The translations under genes and the position numbers were made by a program. Below are positions 52,101-64,000 of a stretch of 64,000 bases of DNA, piece by piece; positions within the stretch are counted from its first letter, which is position 1; each line of letters opens with the position of its first letter. Source of the DNA: Lama guanicoe (taxonomy: Eukaryota); NCBI GenBank assembly GCA_013239625.1, contig MU053493.1, positions 2,551,793-2,615,792 on the forward strand, read 5' to 3'. Under the pieces are notes generated by a model. It was not told the DNA's origin, made no database searches, and saw only the letters and a list, made by a program, of their open reading frames with translations.

Positions 52101-53454
52101 GATATTCTGTAGTTTTATAATACAAAAACCTAACACTAAGTAATCATACGATAAAAGGGTTATCATTTCAGTAATAGTTTATCTGGAATCAGGCAAAAAG
52201 GTATTTAAAGTGCACAACTGATATGTTGTAGAGATGTCATGGAAACAGAGAAGCTGAGAAATGTTTCCAGTACCATTTTAAGGCAATCTGGGAGCAACAG
52301 AATTGGAAGGAACCTTTCAATATTCTCTGATTCAGATCCCTGCTTTCAGCACCTATAAAAGGAGCTTATTTACTGACTTCTGGAAGAGGAGTAGGGCTGC
52401 TCAAAGATCAGAAAGTCCTGGGATCACAATCAGCTACTGCAAGAGGAGAGGCTCAGCTTGGAGACAAGGACTTGGCAACAGGCCAAATTGGGACCTAGAG
52501 GCAAAATCAATTCCCGGAGAGAAAGACTAGGGCAGATCTGCTTCTAGAAGCCAGTGGCTCCAGCAGGCAGGAGACAGCATGGACAGCACTTTGCATCCAC
52601 GTGGTAACTCTGATGGGCCTTCTGATGCCAATCCTACCTCCCTCAGTGCTTCAGATTTAAAGCAATTACCAAGAAGATAATCAAAACAAAAATATTACAA
52701 AAGTCAACAAAAAATGAAATTGACACATGAGAAAATATCTACTTACTACAAAGGAAAGCAGTTAGCGAGAAACACAGGAACAAAACACATAGAGACATAC
52801 AGAAAACAAATGTCCAGGTGGTAGAGGTAGTTCCAACTAGATAGACAAAAACATTAAATGTGAATGGATCAAACACTCCAATTAAAAGTCAGAGACTGTC
52901 AGACTGGATTTAAAAACCAAGATCCAAATATGTGTTGTTGACAATGTAAATCTATTACACCTCAGTAACAAAACAAAACAAAACAAAACAAACCCAAATG
53001 TATGCTGTTCACAAGGTATACACTTTAGATTCAAAGAGGTTGAAACTAAAAGGATGGGAAAGATATATCATGCAAACAGTAAGTATAAGAGCCAGCGTGG
53101 CTTTATTAATACAAGATAAAATAAGCTGGAAGACAACAAAGTTATTAAACACAGAAGGACTTAACATTTTTAAAAAACTAAAGTCCAAAGTTTACATTAG
53201 AGTTCACACTTTATGTTGTACATTCCGTGTGTTCTGACAAACACATAGTCATAAATATGTGATTACAGTATCGTACAGAATAATTTCACAACTCCCAAAA
53301 TGTCCTGTACTCCAGCTACTAACCTCTCTCCCCTTGCCCTGGCAATGACTGATCTTTTTACTCTCTCTCTGGTTTTCCCTTTTCCAGAATGTCATATAGC
53401 TGAAATCAAACACTATATATAGAGTTTTCCAGACTGGCTTCTTTCACTTAGTAA
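49196..53454. repeat. Head-to-tail tandem duplication, unit ~2128-2130 bp (49196-51325 and 51326-53454)
   Basis: Identical ORFs at 50175/52303 and 50870/52998 (offset 2128). Junction ...cacttagta|acaccttctactgg. Confidence 0.97.
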
Positions 53455-55510
53455 TATGCATTTAGGATTCCTCCAAGTCTTTCTGTGGCTTTATAGCTGA
53501 TTTCTTTTTATTGCTGAATAATATTCATTGTATGGACATACCACAGTTTATTTATCAATTCACCTATTAAACCAATCGCTTCCAAATTTTGGCAATTATG
53601 AACAAGCTGATATACATGTTTGTGTGCAGATTTTTGTATACACTTAAATTTTCAACTAATTTAAGTAGATACCTAAGAGCGTGATTGCTGGATCATGTGG
53701 TAAGAGTATATTTAGCTTTGTAAGAAACTGCCAAACTGTCTTCCAAAGAGGCTGTACTATTTTGCATTCCCACCACCAATAAATAAGACTCCTGTTGCTT
53801 CATATCCTCACCTGCATAGTTCTCTTATCTGGAACTTTTTACATAGTTTGTTAGATTACACTTAAGTACATCCATTCTTTTGGTGCCAAGGTAAGTGGTG
53901 GTGTTTTTAATTTCAATTGTTCATAGACGGCCAACATGTGCATGAAAAGGTGCCCAGCATCACTAATCATGAAGGAAATGCAAATCCAAACCACAGTGAG
54001 GTATTACCTCACACCTGTTGGAACAGCTGGTGAGGCTATGGCTGTGAGAATAGGTTTTAGTCATTCTGATAGTTGTATGGTGGTATCTCATTATTGTTTT
54101 AATTTGCAATTCCCTAGTGACATATGATATTGAGTATTTTATCACATGCATCTTTGCCATCTGTATGTCTTTGGTGAGGTGCCTGTTCACATCTTTTCCC
54201 CACAGTTTCTTTATGCATTAATCCTTTGGTGGACACTGAGGTTGTTTCCATACCAAGGCTATCGTGAATAATGCTTCAGTGAACCTGAGGGTGCACATAT
54301 TTTTTTGAGTTAGTGTTTTCATTTTCTTCAGATAAATACCCAGAAGTGGAATTGCTGGATCATATCATAAGTCTATTTTTAGTTTGTTTGTTTTTTTTAA
54401 AAAAACTCCGTACTGTTTTCCACAGTAGCTGCACCAATTTACATTCCCAACAGTGTATGAGGGTTCCCTTCTCTCCACATTCTCACCAACGCTAGTTATC
54501 CCTTGTCTTTTTGATGATGGCCATTTTGACAGGTATGAGGTGATATCTGATCATGGTTTTGATTTGCATTTCCCTGATGATTAATGATGTTGCGCACCTT
54601 TTTGATACCTGTTGGCCATCTGTAAGTCTTCTTTCCAAAAATGTTTGTTCAGATCCTCTGCCCATTTTTAAATAAAATCGCTTGGTTTTTTGCTGTTGAA
54701 TTGTATAACCTGTTTATATATTTTAGGCATTAGCCCCTTATCAGACATGATTTGCAAATACTTTCTCTCATTCAGTGGGTTGCGTTTTCACTTTGTTGAT
54801 GGTTTCCTTTGCTGTGCAGAAGCTTTTTAGTTCGATTTAGTTCCACTCGTTTATTTTTGCTTCTGCTGCTTTTGCCTTTGGTGTCAGATTTTTAAAAAGT
54901 CATTGCCAAGACCTGTGCCAAGGAACCTAACTGCCTATGTGTTCTTCTAGGAGATACATAGTTTAATTAGGTCTTATTTTTTTATTTTTGGTTTTATTTC
55001 CTTTTCCTTAGGAGACAGATTCAAAAAACACTGCTACAACTTACGTCAAAGAGTGTTCTGCCTATGTTTTCTTCTAGGGAGTTTTATGGTTTCTGGTCTT
55101 ACATGTAGGTCTTTAATTCATTTTGAGTTTATCTTTATATATGGTGTTAGAGAATGCTCTAAATTCATTCTTTACATGTAGCTGTTCAGTTTTCTCAGCA
55201 CAACTTATTGAAGAAACTATCTTTTCCCTTTTGTATATTCTTGCCACCTTTGGTGAAGAGTAACTGATGATAAGTGAGTGGGTTTATTTCTGGGCTCTCT
55301 AGTTGGTTCCATTGATCTATTAATCTATGACAAAGGAAGCACTGCTAACTATTAGACCAATGCAAATCAAAACCATGATAAGGTATCACCTCACACCAGT
55401 CAGAGCAGCCATAATTAAAAAGTCTAAATAATAAATGCTGGAGAGGATGTGGAGAAAAGGGAACTACACTGTTAGTGGGGACATAAATTGGTGTAGCCAC
55501 TATGGAAAAC
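53160..55510 (-). mobile_element. Nested L1 fragments (L1MC-like and younger), mostly minus strand
   Basis: Repeated ORF2 C-terminal motifs in both orientations. Confidence 0.8.
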
Positions 55511-55620
55511 ACGTGCATGTGCCTAGCCTGCACGAGGTCCTGGGTTAAATTCCCAGTACCGCCATTAAAACAAATAAGCAAACAAACAAAGAAACAAACC
55601 TAATTACCCACCCCCCAAAG
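55511..55620 (+). mobile_element. 5'-truncated SINE (Vic-1-like) abutting an L1 fragment
   Basis: gaggtcctgggttaaattcccagtacc...ctaattaccc; the A box is missing. Confidence 0.75.
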
Positions 55621-56088
55621 TAAGCTCTTTTGCACTGAAAAAGAAAAGTACAATAAAAACTACAAAAGATAAATTGAGCAAATTATTGGTGATACACTAT
55701 GAGCAATGTGACCAAGAACTCTTACAAGTCTGAAAGAAAAGAATAAACAACCCAGTAGAAAAGTAGGCAAGCGTCTCACAGAAAAAGCAATACCAAGGGC
55801 CAATATATAAACACATGAAAAGATGCAGGATTTCATTCTTAGGCAGGAGATGAAAAACGGGAATAATAATGGTTGATGACAAGACTAAAAATTCATCATT
55901 CTTGCGGTTGGTGAGGATGTGGGGAATCTGTCTCACTGTTGTATCATTCATTGGAAAATTTGTGTCTTAGTGAGAATTCTTCTCTGGGAGTAAGACAAGT
56001 GGTAATAACCAAGACAGGTATTTGATTATATGGTGGTGGCCAATGAGAGCTGATTTTTAGGCTCTTTTCTTGGACTTTCTGCCTTAGT

Positions 56089-56262
56089 GCAGGGTTTCTC
56101 AACAGTGGCACCACTGACATTTGGGGAAGGATAATTCTTTGTTGGAGGGTGCGCTGTTCACTGTCAGGAGTTTGACAGTATCCTTGTCTTCTACCCACTA
56201 AATAGCACCTCCAGTTTCTGACAACCAAAAATACCTCCCGAAATTGTCAAAGGTCCCAGTGG
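56089..56262 (+). mobile_element. MER20-type hAT DNA transposon remnant (a second copy at ~46055-46290, minus strand)
   Basis: gtttctcaac...ggcaccactgacatttgggg...ataattctttgttg...tctacccacta...gacaaccaaaaat. Confidence 0.75.
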
Positions 56263-57106
56263 AGTTTGGGACTGTGTCATTTAGACTCATGCTGGGCACC
56301 ACACACCTGCTTTGGTTTCTGCAGGAGCCCAGGCGGGCCATGATGGTGTTGCATTTGGTTTTTAATCCCCAGTTCATTTTTAGATCCTAAAGCACAAAAC
56401 GGAATTCAGGAAGTGTGAATTTACTTGAACCAACTGGGAAAAAAAGGTTTTCTCAGCCTCTGCAGAAGGCAGCTGCAGAATTCACAACAGCTTTAATTTT
56501 AACACACTGAATAAATACAGTAAGTGGCTCTTTGCACTGAGGTTCAAATCTCTTATCTATTTTTACCTCCAAGCAAACAACAGATTGGAAAAGAAAGTTA
56601 CTACTTTGTGAGTGGATTATTGAATCTCGGCATCAACAACTTGTTTGATGTTATTTTGTACTGTGTACTAGAAAAAAATCATTTACCTGAAGATACTACT
56701 GTAAACACACTGAGCAAAAAAAATTTATGATTTCTTTAGAAGAAATTTTCTTCCCACAGGCAAAGAAAGAGTAAGCACAGTAAAACCATGGCTCTACAAG
56801 TTGCGTTCTCTCCACACAATGGAATATTATTCAGCCTTAAAAAGGAAGGACATTCTGACACTTGCTTAACATGGGTGAAGCCAGAGGACAAGATGCTGAG
56901 TAAAATAAGCCAGTCACAAAAAGACAAAACTGTGTGACTCTACTCATGAGTCCCCAGAGGAGTCAGAGGCAGAAAGCAGACTGGTGGTTGTCAGGAACTG
57001 AGAAAAGAGGGGTGTGGGGGCTTACTGTGTAACGGGTGTAGAGTTTCAGTTTTACAAGATGAAAACAATTTTTGAACCAACCCATGCTACAGATGGGAAA
57101 ACTGAG

Positions 57107-57635
57107 TGTAAAAGAAAAGAACAAATCTGACTCCATGTTAGATCTGTTCTTTTGACTTTAACCCTGTGCTCTGTTTCCTAGGCTTAAAATTGCTGGTTCT
57201 GCACCTTTTGTAAAGGAATGTTGTCTATAGCCTGAAATATACAGGAGAGCCTATTCTCAAGGCTCTAACCTTTAAGGATATTAACACTTTTCCATTCATA
57301 TAAAGATAAAAAGTTGCTGAATAAAAAATAACCTTTGTTTTGTTGGAGGTTTTATAGGACACCACGTGGACAGCTGCAAGAAGAAAGGATTCCAAGAACA
57401 AAGAATTCCTATACCAAGAAGTTTTGCAACAACCACCACACCCCCTCCCCTTTTTAGTATAAAAGGAGCCTGAATTCTGACTTGGGGAAGATGGTTGGTT
57501 CTCCAGGACATTAGTCTGCCATCTTCTCAGTCTGCTGGCTTTCTGAATTAAGTTGCTATTCCTTGCCCCAACACCTCATCTCTTGATTTACTGGCTTGTG
57601 GTGTGGCGAGCAGAATGAGTTTGGACTGGGTAACA
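57107..57635 (+). mobile_element. ERV1-class (MER41/MER4-group-like) solo LTR, perfect 4-bp TSD tgag, inserted in a MIR
   Basis: TG...CA ends; tgag at 57103-57106 and 57636-57639; TATAAAA at ~57458. The flanks join into MIR sequence (acagatgggaaaactgag|gt...). Confidence 0.85.
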
Positions 57636-58069
57636 TGAGGTGTACAGGGGTGAAGAGACTTGAGGAAGACCACGCTTCACCCCAGCTCTGTCTGACTCAA
57701 AAAGCTTTGAATGGCATCATCACAGTTTCTAAAAGAAAGGGCTGATGCTTGCAATCACAAAAAAGTTAACAAGTGGCCCAGATGACTTGTTGGGGAAATT
57801 CAGCCACACGGCTGCACGAGAAGTTCTATATCAAAGGCAGTCTCATTGAACACTAAAATTGTGTTTTACCACCAACAGTTATAAAATCACTTAAAGATGT
57901 TTCAGAATGAAATCTTCAGATCCTGTGGATTTTAATATGACATATTAAGAAGCATACTCACAACAATTTCCAGACATTGTATGTATAAAATATTACCACA
58001 TAAAAAAGAAATATAATACTATCAAAAAGGACATTTTAGAATGAATGGGTTATTTTCTTATCATGCATT

Positions 58070-58203
58070 TTGGGGGGTGGGTACTTAGGTTTGTTTGTTT
58101 GTTTGTTTACTTATTTATTTATTTAATGGAGGTACTGGGGATTGAACCCAGGACCTTGTGCATGCTGAGCCCATGCTCTATCACTGAGCTATATCCTCCT
58201 CGC
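58070..58203 (-). mobile_element. tRNA-derived SINE (Vic-1-like)
   Basis: Reverse SINE consensus; TSD-like at(c/g)atgcattt. Confidence 0.9.
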
Positions 58204-58841
58204 CATGATGCATTTTTAATGAAAGAAACGTGATCTGCTATTATTCATTATGAAATGTAAGACAAGGGATTTCACAGCCAATTGAACCAGAGTTTAGAAC
58301 TGGATCTGTTTTGAACCTAAGCATGAAACTCCAAGTGTCAACAGTGGTTTAAAATCCATCCCATGGAGTTTTGACTAGTTTGGCGCATCTGTAAATGCTC
58401 ATCTCCAAAGTGCTTTGCCTTTGGAGGCTACTAAGGCATGCAGGGTGTTCCCATGGTAACGACTGCTTTGAGTTAGTACTTTTTATAGATTAAAGTATTA
58501 CACCCTGGGGTCTCTTCATGTAAATGGATAAATCTTAAGACACTGTGGTACTTCACTTAATGTAGATACTCAATGGCACAGAATTGACTTAACCCACCAG
58601 AAATGGAAAATTTCCAGCCTTTGTGTTTGATATGAACATACGTTGTTACCAAGACCACAACATTTCCATTAATTTTTTTATACAAAATGCAAGCTAACTT
58701 TTTTATCTGCTGAAATTTATCAATATTTAACAAATTGTGGCAGAAATGTGTGTGTCTGTCAGGAGTTTGCACACATCACTATTTCCCACCCTGGGACAAA
58801 ATCCCCAGTCGCTGTGGGCAATCACAAACTTTTCAGAGTGA

Positions 58842-58955
58842 TGGGGAGGGTATAGCTCAGTGGTAGTGTGCATGGTTTGCATGCACAAAGTCCTGGGTTC
58901 AATCCCCAGTACCTCCATTAACATACATATATACATACATAAATTTTTAAACTTA
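58842..58955 (+). mobile_element. tRNA-derived SINE (Vic-1-like)
   Basis: ggggagggtatagctcagtggtag...; TSD-like aacttttcaga. Confidence 0.9.
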
Positions 58956-59827
58956 AAACAACTTTTCAGAATGCATTTATGAGCAATTATCTCATTTGGC
59001 TGCAACAAGAGCTTTGTGAGATAAAATGGGCAGGTGTTACAGCCTTGTCTAAAACAGGAAGAGATCATTTCTAGAAAAGTAACAGCTGCAATTTAGGCAA
59101 AACAATTTTTAGGCCTTCTTCTGTCTTAAAAAAAAATTAAGTGGCTTCTTTGGCCTGTGTGGTTCAACACCATGGCCACGGTCAGTTCTATCAGTCAGTT
59201 CTCTAGGAATCAGGGGGAAATGGCTGAATAATGGACATCTCCAGGAGGGGTTCCTTAGAGTTCTCAGGGACAGACCAGTTTATTGTGGGATCAAGTTAAG
59301 GATACATGTCCTGCACACAGTCCAAACGATGTGCTTTCTAATCCATGTCCCCACTGCACCCTCACTCTGAGCTCACCTACAGCTTAGACGGGTGTGGGCT
59401 GTGTTTTGGATGACAGGCCATGACCTCACTCCACCATGAATGCAACCCAGCCCACCATCTGGGTCCCTATGCCTCCACCCTGGTGTCCTGTTGTGGCCCA
59501 TGATATTTCCACCCTTCCAGCCCCCTTGGGTGGTAGGAGCTTCCCACATGGCCCTCGGGGAGTCCCACCTTCTGGTATTCATATCTTTGTGTGTAGGGGC
59601 TGGACCAGCAACTTGATTTGAATGAATAAAATACAGCAAAGATGATGGGATGTTACTTTTGAAATTAAGTTATAAAAGACTGTGACTTCCATCTCCTTTA
59701 TACACTTTGTCTCTCTGACTCTTCTCACATGTTTGCTCTGATTAAGTGAGCTGGAGAAGTCTACATGGCAAGAAGCTCTGGGAAGCCTCCAACTCACTGC
59801 CAGTGAAGAATCAAGACCTTCATTCTA

Positions 59828-60927
59828 TGGGAGAAAATATTTGCAAATAACACAACTGACAGGGGACAATTTTCCAAAATATACAAAAAGCTCATACAAC
59901 TTAATATCAAAAAACAAACAACTCAATCAAAAAACAGGTTGAAGACCTAAACAGACATTTCTCCAAAGAAGACATCCAGATGGCCAACAGGCACATGAAA
60001 AGATGCTCAATATCGCTAATTATCAGAGAAATGAAAATCAAAACTACAATGAGGTATCACCTCACACCAGTCAGAATGGCCATCATTAAAAAAATCTACA
60101 AATAACAAATGCTGGAAAGATTGTGGGTTAAAAGGAACCCTCCTACATGGTGGGAATGTAATTTGGTGCAGCCACAATGGAGGTTCCTTAAAAAACTAAA
60201 AATAGAGTTACCTATGATCCAGCAATCCCACTCCTGAGCATATATCCAGAAAAAACTATAGTTCAAAAAGATATATGCACCCCAGTGTTCACAGCAGCAT
60301 TATTTACTCATAGGCATATATCTGGAGAAAACTATAAGTTGAAAAGACACATGCACCCCAATGTTTATAGCAGCACTATTTACGATAGCTAAGACATGGA
60401 AACAACCTAAATGTCCATCAACAGAGGACTAGATAAAGAAGATGTGGTATACATATACAATGGAATATTACTCAGCCATAAAAACAAATGAAATAATGCC
60501 ATTTGTAGCAACATGGATGAACCTAGAGATGATCATATTGAGTGAAGTCAGACAGAAAGACAAATACCATATGATATCACTTATATGTAGAATCTTAAAA
60601 AAAATGATACAAATTCTATTTACAAACCAAAAACAGGCTCGTGGACATAGAAAACAAACTATGGTTACCAAAGGGGAAAAGGAGGGGAGGGATAATTTAG
60701 GGGTTGGAGATTCACAGATACACACACTACATATAAATAGATAAACAACAAAGGTCTACTGTAGAGCACAGGGAACTATATTCAATTTCTTTAATAATAT
60801 ATAATGGAAAAGAATCTGAAAAGAAACTATACATATGTATGTATAATCATAATTGAATAATTTTGCTGTATACCTGAAACTAACATTGTAAATCAACTAC
60901 AGTTGAATAAAAAATTTAAAAAAAGAA
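59828..60927 (+). mobile_element. 5'-truncated L1 inserted into an MLT1 LTR (~59400-61190); TSD aagaccttcattcta / aagaccaccattcta
   Basis: ORF2 C-terminus, 3'UTR and A tail; MLT1 motifs on both sides. Confidence 0.88.
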
Positions 60928-63789
60928 AAGACCACCATTCTAACATCTCACAAGGAACGGATTCCTGCCACCGACATATGATTGAGCCTGGATTGGAGCA
61001 TTCTCCCGCTGGACCTTCAGATGAGACCACAGCCCTGGCTGACACCTTGATGACAGCCTTGTGACCCAGCTACACCGTGCCCTGATTCCTGACCTGTAGA
61101 AAACAGCACATCATAACCGTGCTTCTTAAGCCACACATCTTGGGATAATTGGGGGCTAATCTGTTACACAGAAACAGATATTTAATACACTCAGATTCCG
61201 ACACTTGGGAGTTATCCTTGATCCTATCAATTACAATAAGGCTCCTAGAAGTTCTCCTGCCCTTTTCTCAAGGCCCCTGAATGTATGCTTTTCTGGGACT
61301 TGAGGGAAGGTAACAGGCTACTTAGGGCGGAAAGGATCACATAGTATAAGCCTCTGGGTACTCTTTCCTCTGCTGGACAACCCTTTCTCCAGTCTAACCA
61401 GAAAGTACCTTCCTTGCTCTTCTGCCTTGGATGTTCTACGTTCCAAAACTTAGCTCGGGTCCAGCTTGTTTTCTTCTGCCTCCCTGATCTGGGTTCCAAT
61501 TTTAGAGCCTGATGGCTATAGTTCAGAGCCTGACCTGGTCAGCAGACCTTCCACTGCTGCTGTGTTTGATGGTTGGTCTGCAGTGTCCTTGGCCTCATAT
61601 TACACCCATGCAGAGCCAAAGTGCCTTAGCAGCCCTGCAGGATGGCCCGAGTCTCTCCTCTAGCAGTTCACAGCCAGGTCCTGAGTTGCCAAGTCAGGGC
61701 CCCGACTAGCTCCTGATGGCCCGCCCTGATCCTTAGCTCCTTGATCCCTCCCCTCAAGCTTTCCCTATCACTGACCTTCCCAGCTCCAGCACCTTATGGA
61801 GGCCTGCAGTCTTTCAAAGGCACGTGCCAAGTTGTGAGCTAGTCTTCCTATCGCTTCAGGGGGTGTGGGATGGGACTTGCTAACGGGCCAGCTCTTTGGG
61901 GAGGATGTGAATGCAGCAGCTCCATGGAGGCCCTGGCCCCAGGCCCCAACACTCAGCAGCACAGCAGTGACTCACAAAAGCAGTGGGGGAGTGGGATGTG
62001 GTGTCAGAATCAGCTCCCAGTCCCTCTGGGCAATTAGGAAGCAGACCGCTGACTCGGAGCCAGAAAAATAGAGTAAAATTCCTTTTTCTGGCTTCTGAGG
62101 GCTGCCACAGACGGATGCCAGCCTGCTGCTTGTCCAACCTTCCTCATCCTGAGCCCTCTGCTCCCGCCAGAATTCTTTACTTTAAAAAATAGATACTGAA
62201 AGGATGAACCCCGCAGACATTATGTGAAGCCAAAGAATCTGGATGCAAAGGAGTAAATGTTGTGCTGTTCATTAAGATGGCATTTTAGAATAGGCAAAGT
62301 TCAGCTCAGGTGAATAAAAGATCCTGTAAGTTGCCTCTGGTTGGTGAGGGATTGCCTCACAAGAGATGTGGAGGAGCCTTCTGGAGCAATGGAAATGTTT
62401 TCTTTCTAGGAGTGTGGGTTCCACAGGTGCATGCCTTTGCCAAAATTGTACAGCCAATGTTGTCGTTCTCTCACTATGTCATTCTGCTACATGTAAGTTT
62501 TACCTCCAAGAGAAAAATGAATGATTACACTTAGGGGAGTGTTGTGGGAGAAGCAGAAATGGCACAATTTGGTAATTACTGAAGTTGGGTCATTGGTACA
62601 CAGAGTCTCATTAGATTACTCAGTCTACTTTGTGTTATGTGTAAACTTTTCCATGATAAAAAATGGAAAAATTGTCTATTGAATACATATTCGTACCAGA
62701 CCCTAAGCTGAACGCATGGTACAGGTAGACAAGGCTGTAGACACAAGGAGAAGTAAGCGAAACGTGGAATTTTTACGTACAAATATTAAGTGCACTGAAA
62801 CGGGGGAAAATCTGGAATGAAGGAAATAATGCGGAAAGAAATGCTGACCATTTTTTAACATCTTAAATTGTTCTTCATTCATAACCCTATCGTGTCATTT
62901 GTAATTTACCACGGATGTGTAGGCTTAGATGGGACACTCATGATACTGTCATCATATCCACAGACACAAGTGGCTCTGAAATACCTTGTTTCTTCCCATT
63001 TCTACACCTTTGTATTTGCTAATTCCATGAATGCTTGCTTTGTTCTATTCCTCCAAATCCATATAAATTCCACTTTGATTTAGCAGCACTACTCAAAACA
63101 CAGACCCCAGAAGATGAGGACCTTTTATCTGCAGGTAAATCAACCTCCTGCTTCTTTTATCGAGAACGTCGTGTTCTATGATTCTCATGAGAAGGGTGGC
63201 AGCAGAAATAAACAGTGTGCTGTGTGACGTAGCTGATTTACATTCTGATCCAAGCTTGGTCCTGGGACCAGCATGAGGGCACTGGTTCATTAGATTCACC
63301 CGGGGAGCATCCAGATCAACTAACTCTGAATCTCTGGGGTGGAGCCCAGGTGTCAGCTCATTAGGACATTCTCCACGTGCTTCCAACATGCAGCCCGGGT
63401 GAGAACCAGAGATTTATGAACTGCTTACGTCACTTCTCCAGGAAGTCTCTGTGCTGGTTCTTAAAGAGCTTCCTTCTGTGCCACATCACCTCCCCTCTGG
63501 GAAATCTCTGTGCTGGTTCTCCAAGAGTTTCCTTCTATCCCACAGCCTCAACATTGTTGACTTCCATTGGCTGTCAAGATGTGGGGCCTTGTACCATTTT
63601 AAGCAATTCAAACTTGGTTTCGTCAGTGAGGATGTGTGGATGTGTTTCTGAGGGTAGAGACCATTTTTTACTTGTTTTGCATTCCTCTCAACTCTTAGCA
63701 CTAGGGTATGCTCAGTAAACATTTGTTTGAGATTTTTATTTACAAAATAATGAAGTATTTCCTTATTAAGACTTGGCTATATTCTTCAA

Positions 63790-64000
63790 CTATACACATA
63801 GTCTTAATGTTTGTGCCCACCCACTCCCCCCAAATTCTATGCTGAAATTCGAATCCACAAGGTGAGGGTATTAGGAGGTGGGGCCTATGGGAGGTGATTA
63901 GGTCATAAGGGTGAGGCCTTCATGAATGGGATGAGTGCCCTTATAAAGACACTCCCTCTTGCCCAGAGAGCTCCCTCCCCTTCTTCTTCCATATGGGGAG
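63790..64000 (+). mobile_element. MLT1A-type MaLR LTR start (runs off the window)
   Basis: aatgtttgtg...caaattc..atgctgaaa...ggtattaggaggtggggcct..gggaggtgattaggtcat. Confidence 0.8.

Noticed and set aside
50175..53237. Duplicated ORFs (75 aa and 79 aa) suggesting tandem genes
   Set aside because: By-products of the tandem duplication. The 79-aa ORF is decayed L1 endonuclease sequence and the other has no recognisable homology.
1785..58955. tRNA-like sequences (agctcagtggtagag...ggttcaatccc)
   Set aside because: They have A-rich tails and TSDs, are diverged, and lack an acceptor stem: SINEs, not tRNA genes.
1..64000. CRISPR arrays, operons or other prokaryote-style systems
   Set aside because: The sequence is mammalian; there are no regularly spaced repeat-spacer arrays or gene clusters.

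Overview
Mammalian genomic DNA, very probably a camelid (camel/alpaca/llama), inferred from about a dozen copies of a tRNA-derived SINE matching the camelid Vic-1 type. The only gene sequence I can support is a CpG-island promoter and first coding exon on the minus strand (4994-5166). It encodes MRRLEGLCLRRRRRRRGPARERSGDKMKYQKYLTVLQMAIGVTPSNRGSLLPLKRKL(W), which I recognise from memory as the N-terminus of the long, distal-promoter isoform of TJP1 (ZO-1). Bases 1-4993 would be its intron 1. The other ~58 kb is repeat-rich upstream/intergenic DNA: L1 LINEs of several ages, SINEs, MaLR/ERV solo LTRs, L2/MIR, MER DNA transposons, a short RPL23A retrocopy and a (GAAA)n tract. Apart from the L1 remnants, the supplied ORFs are not genes. 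The most notable structures are: (1) a ~3 kb young L1 with 5'UTR + ORF1 joined directly to the ORF2 3' end and bounded by a TSD (possible spliced or non-autonomous ORF1-only L1 family); (2) an L1 3' transduction with TSD; (3) a near-perfect 2.13 kb tandem duplication; (4) two twin-primed L1 inversions; (5) a 49-bp templated insertion; (6) a uORF, G4-type repeat and hairpin around the TJP1 distal promoter. I found no convincing novel multi-gene system. Repeat family names come from recognition by eye, not a database search, and most repeat boundaries are approximate.
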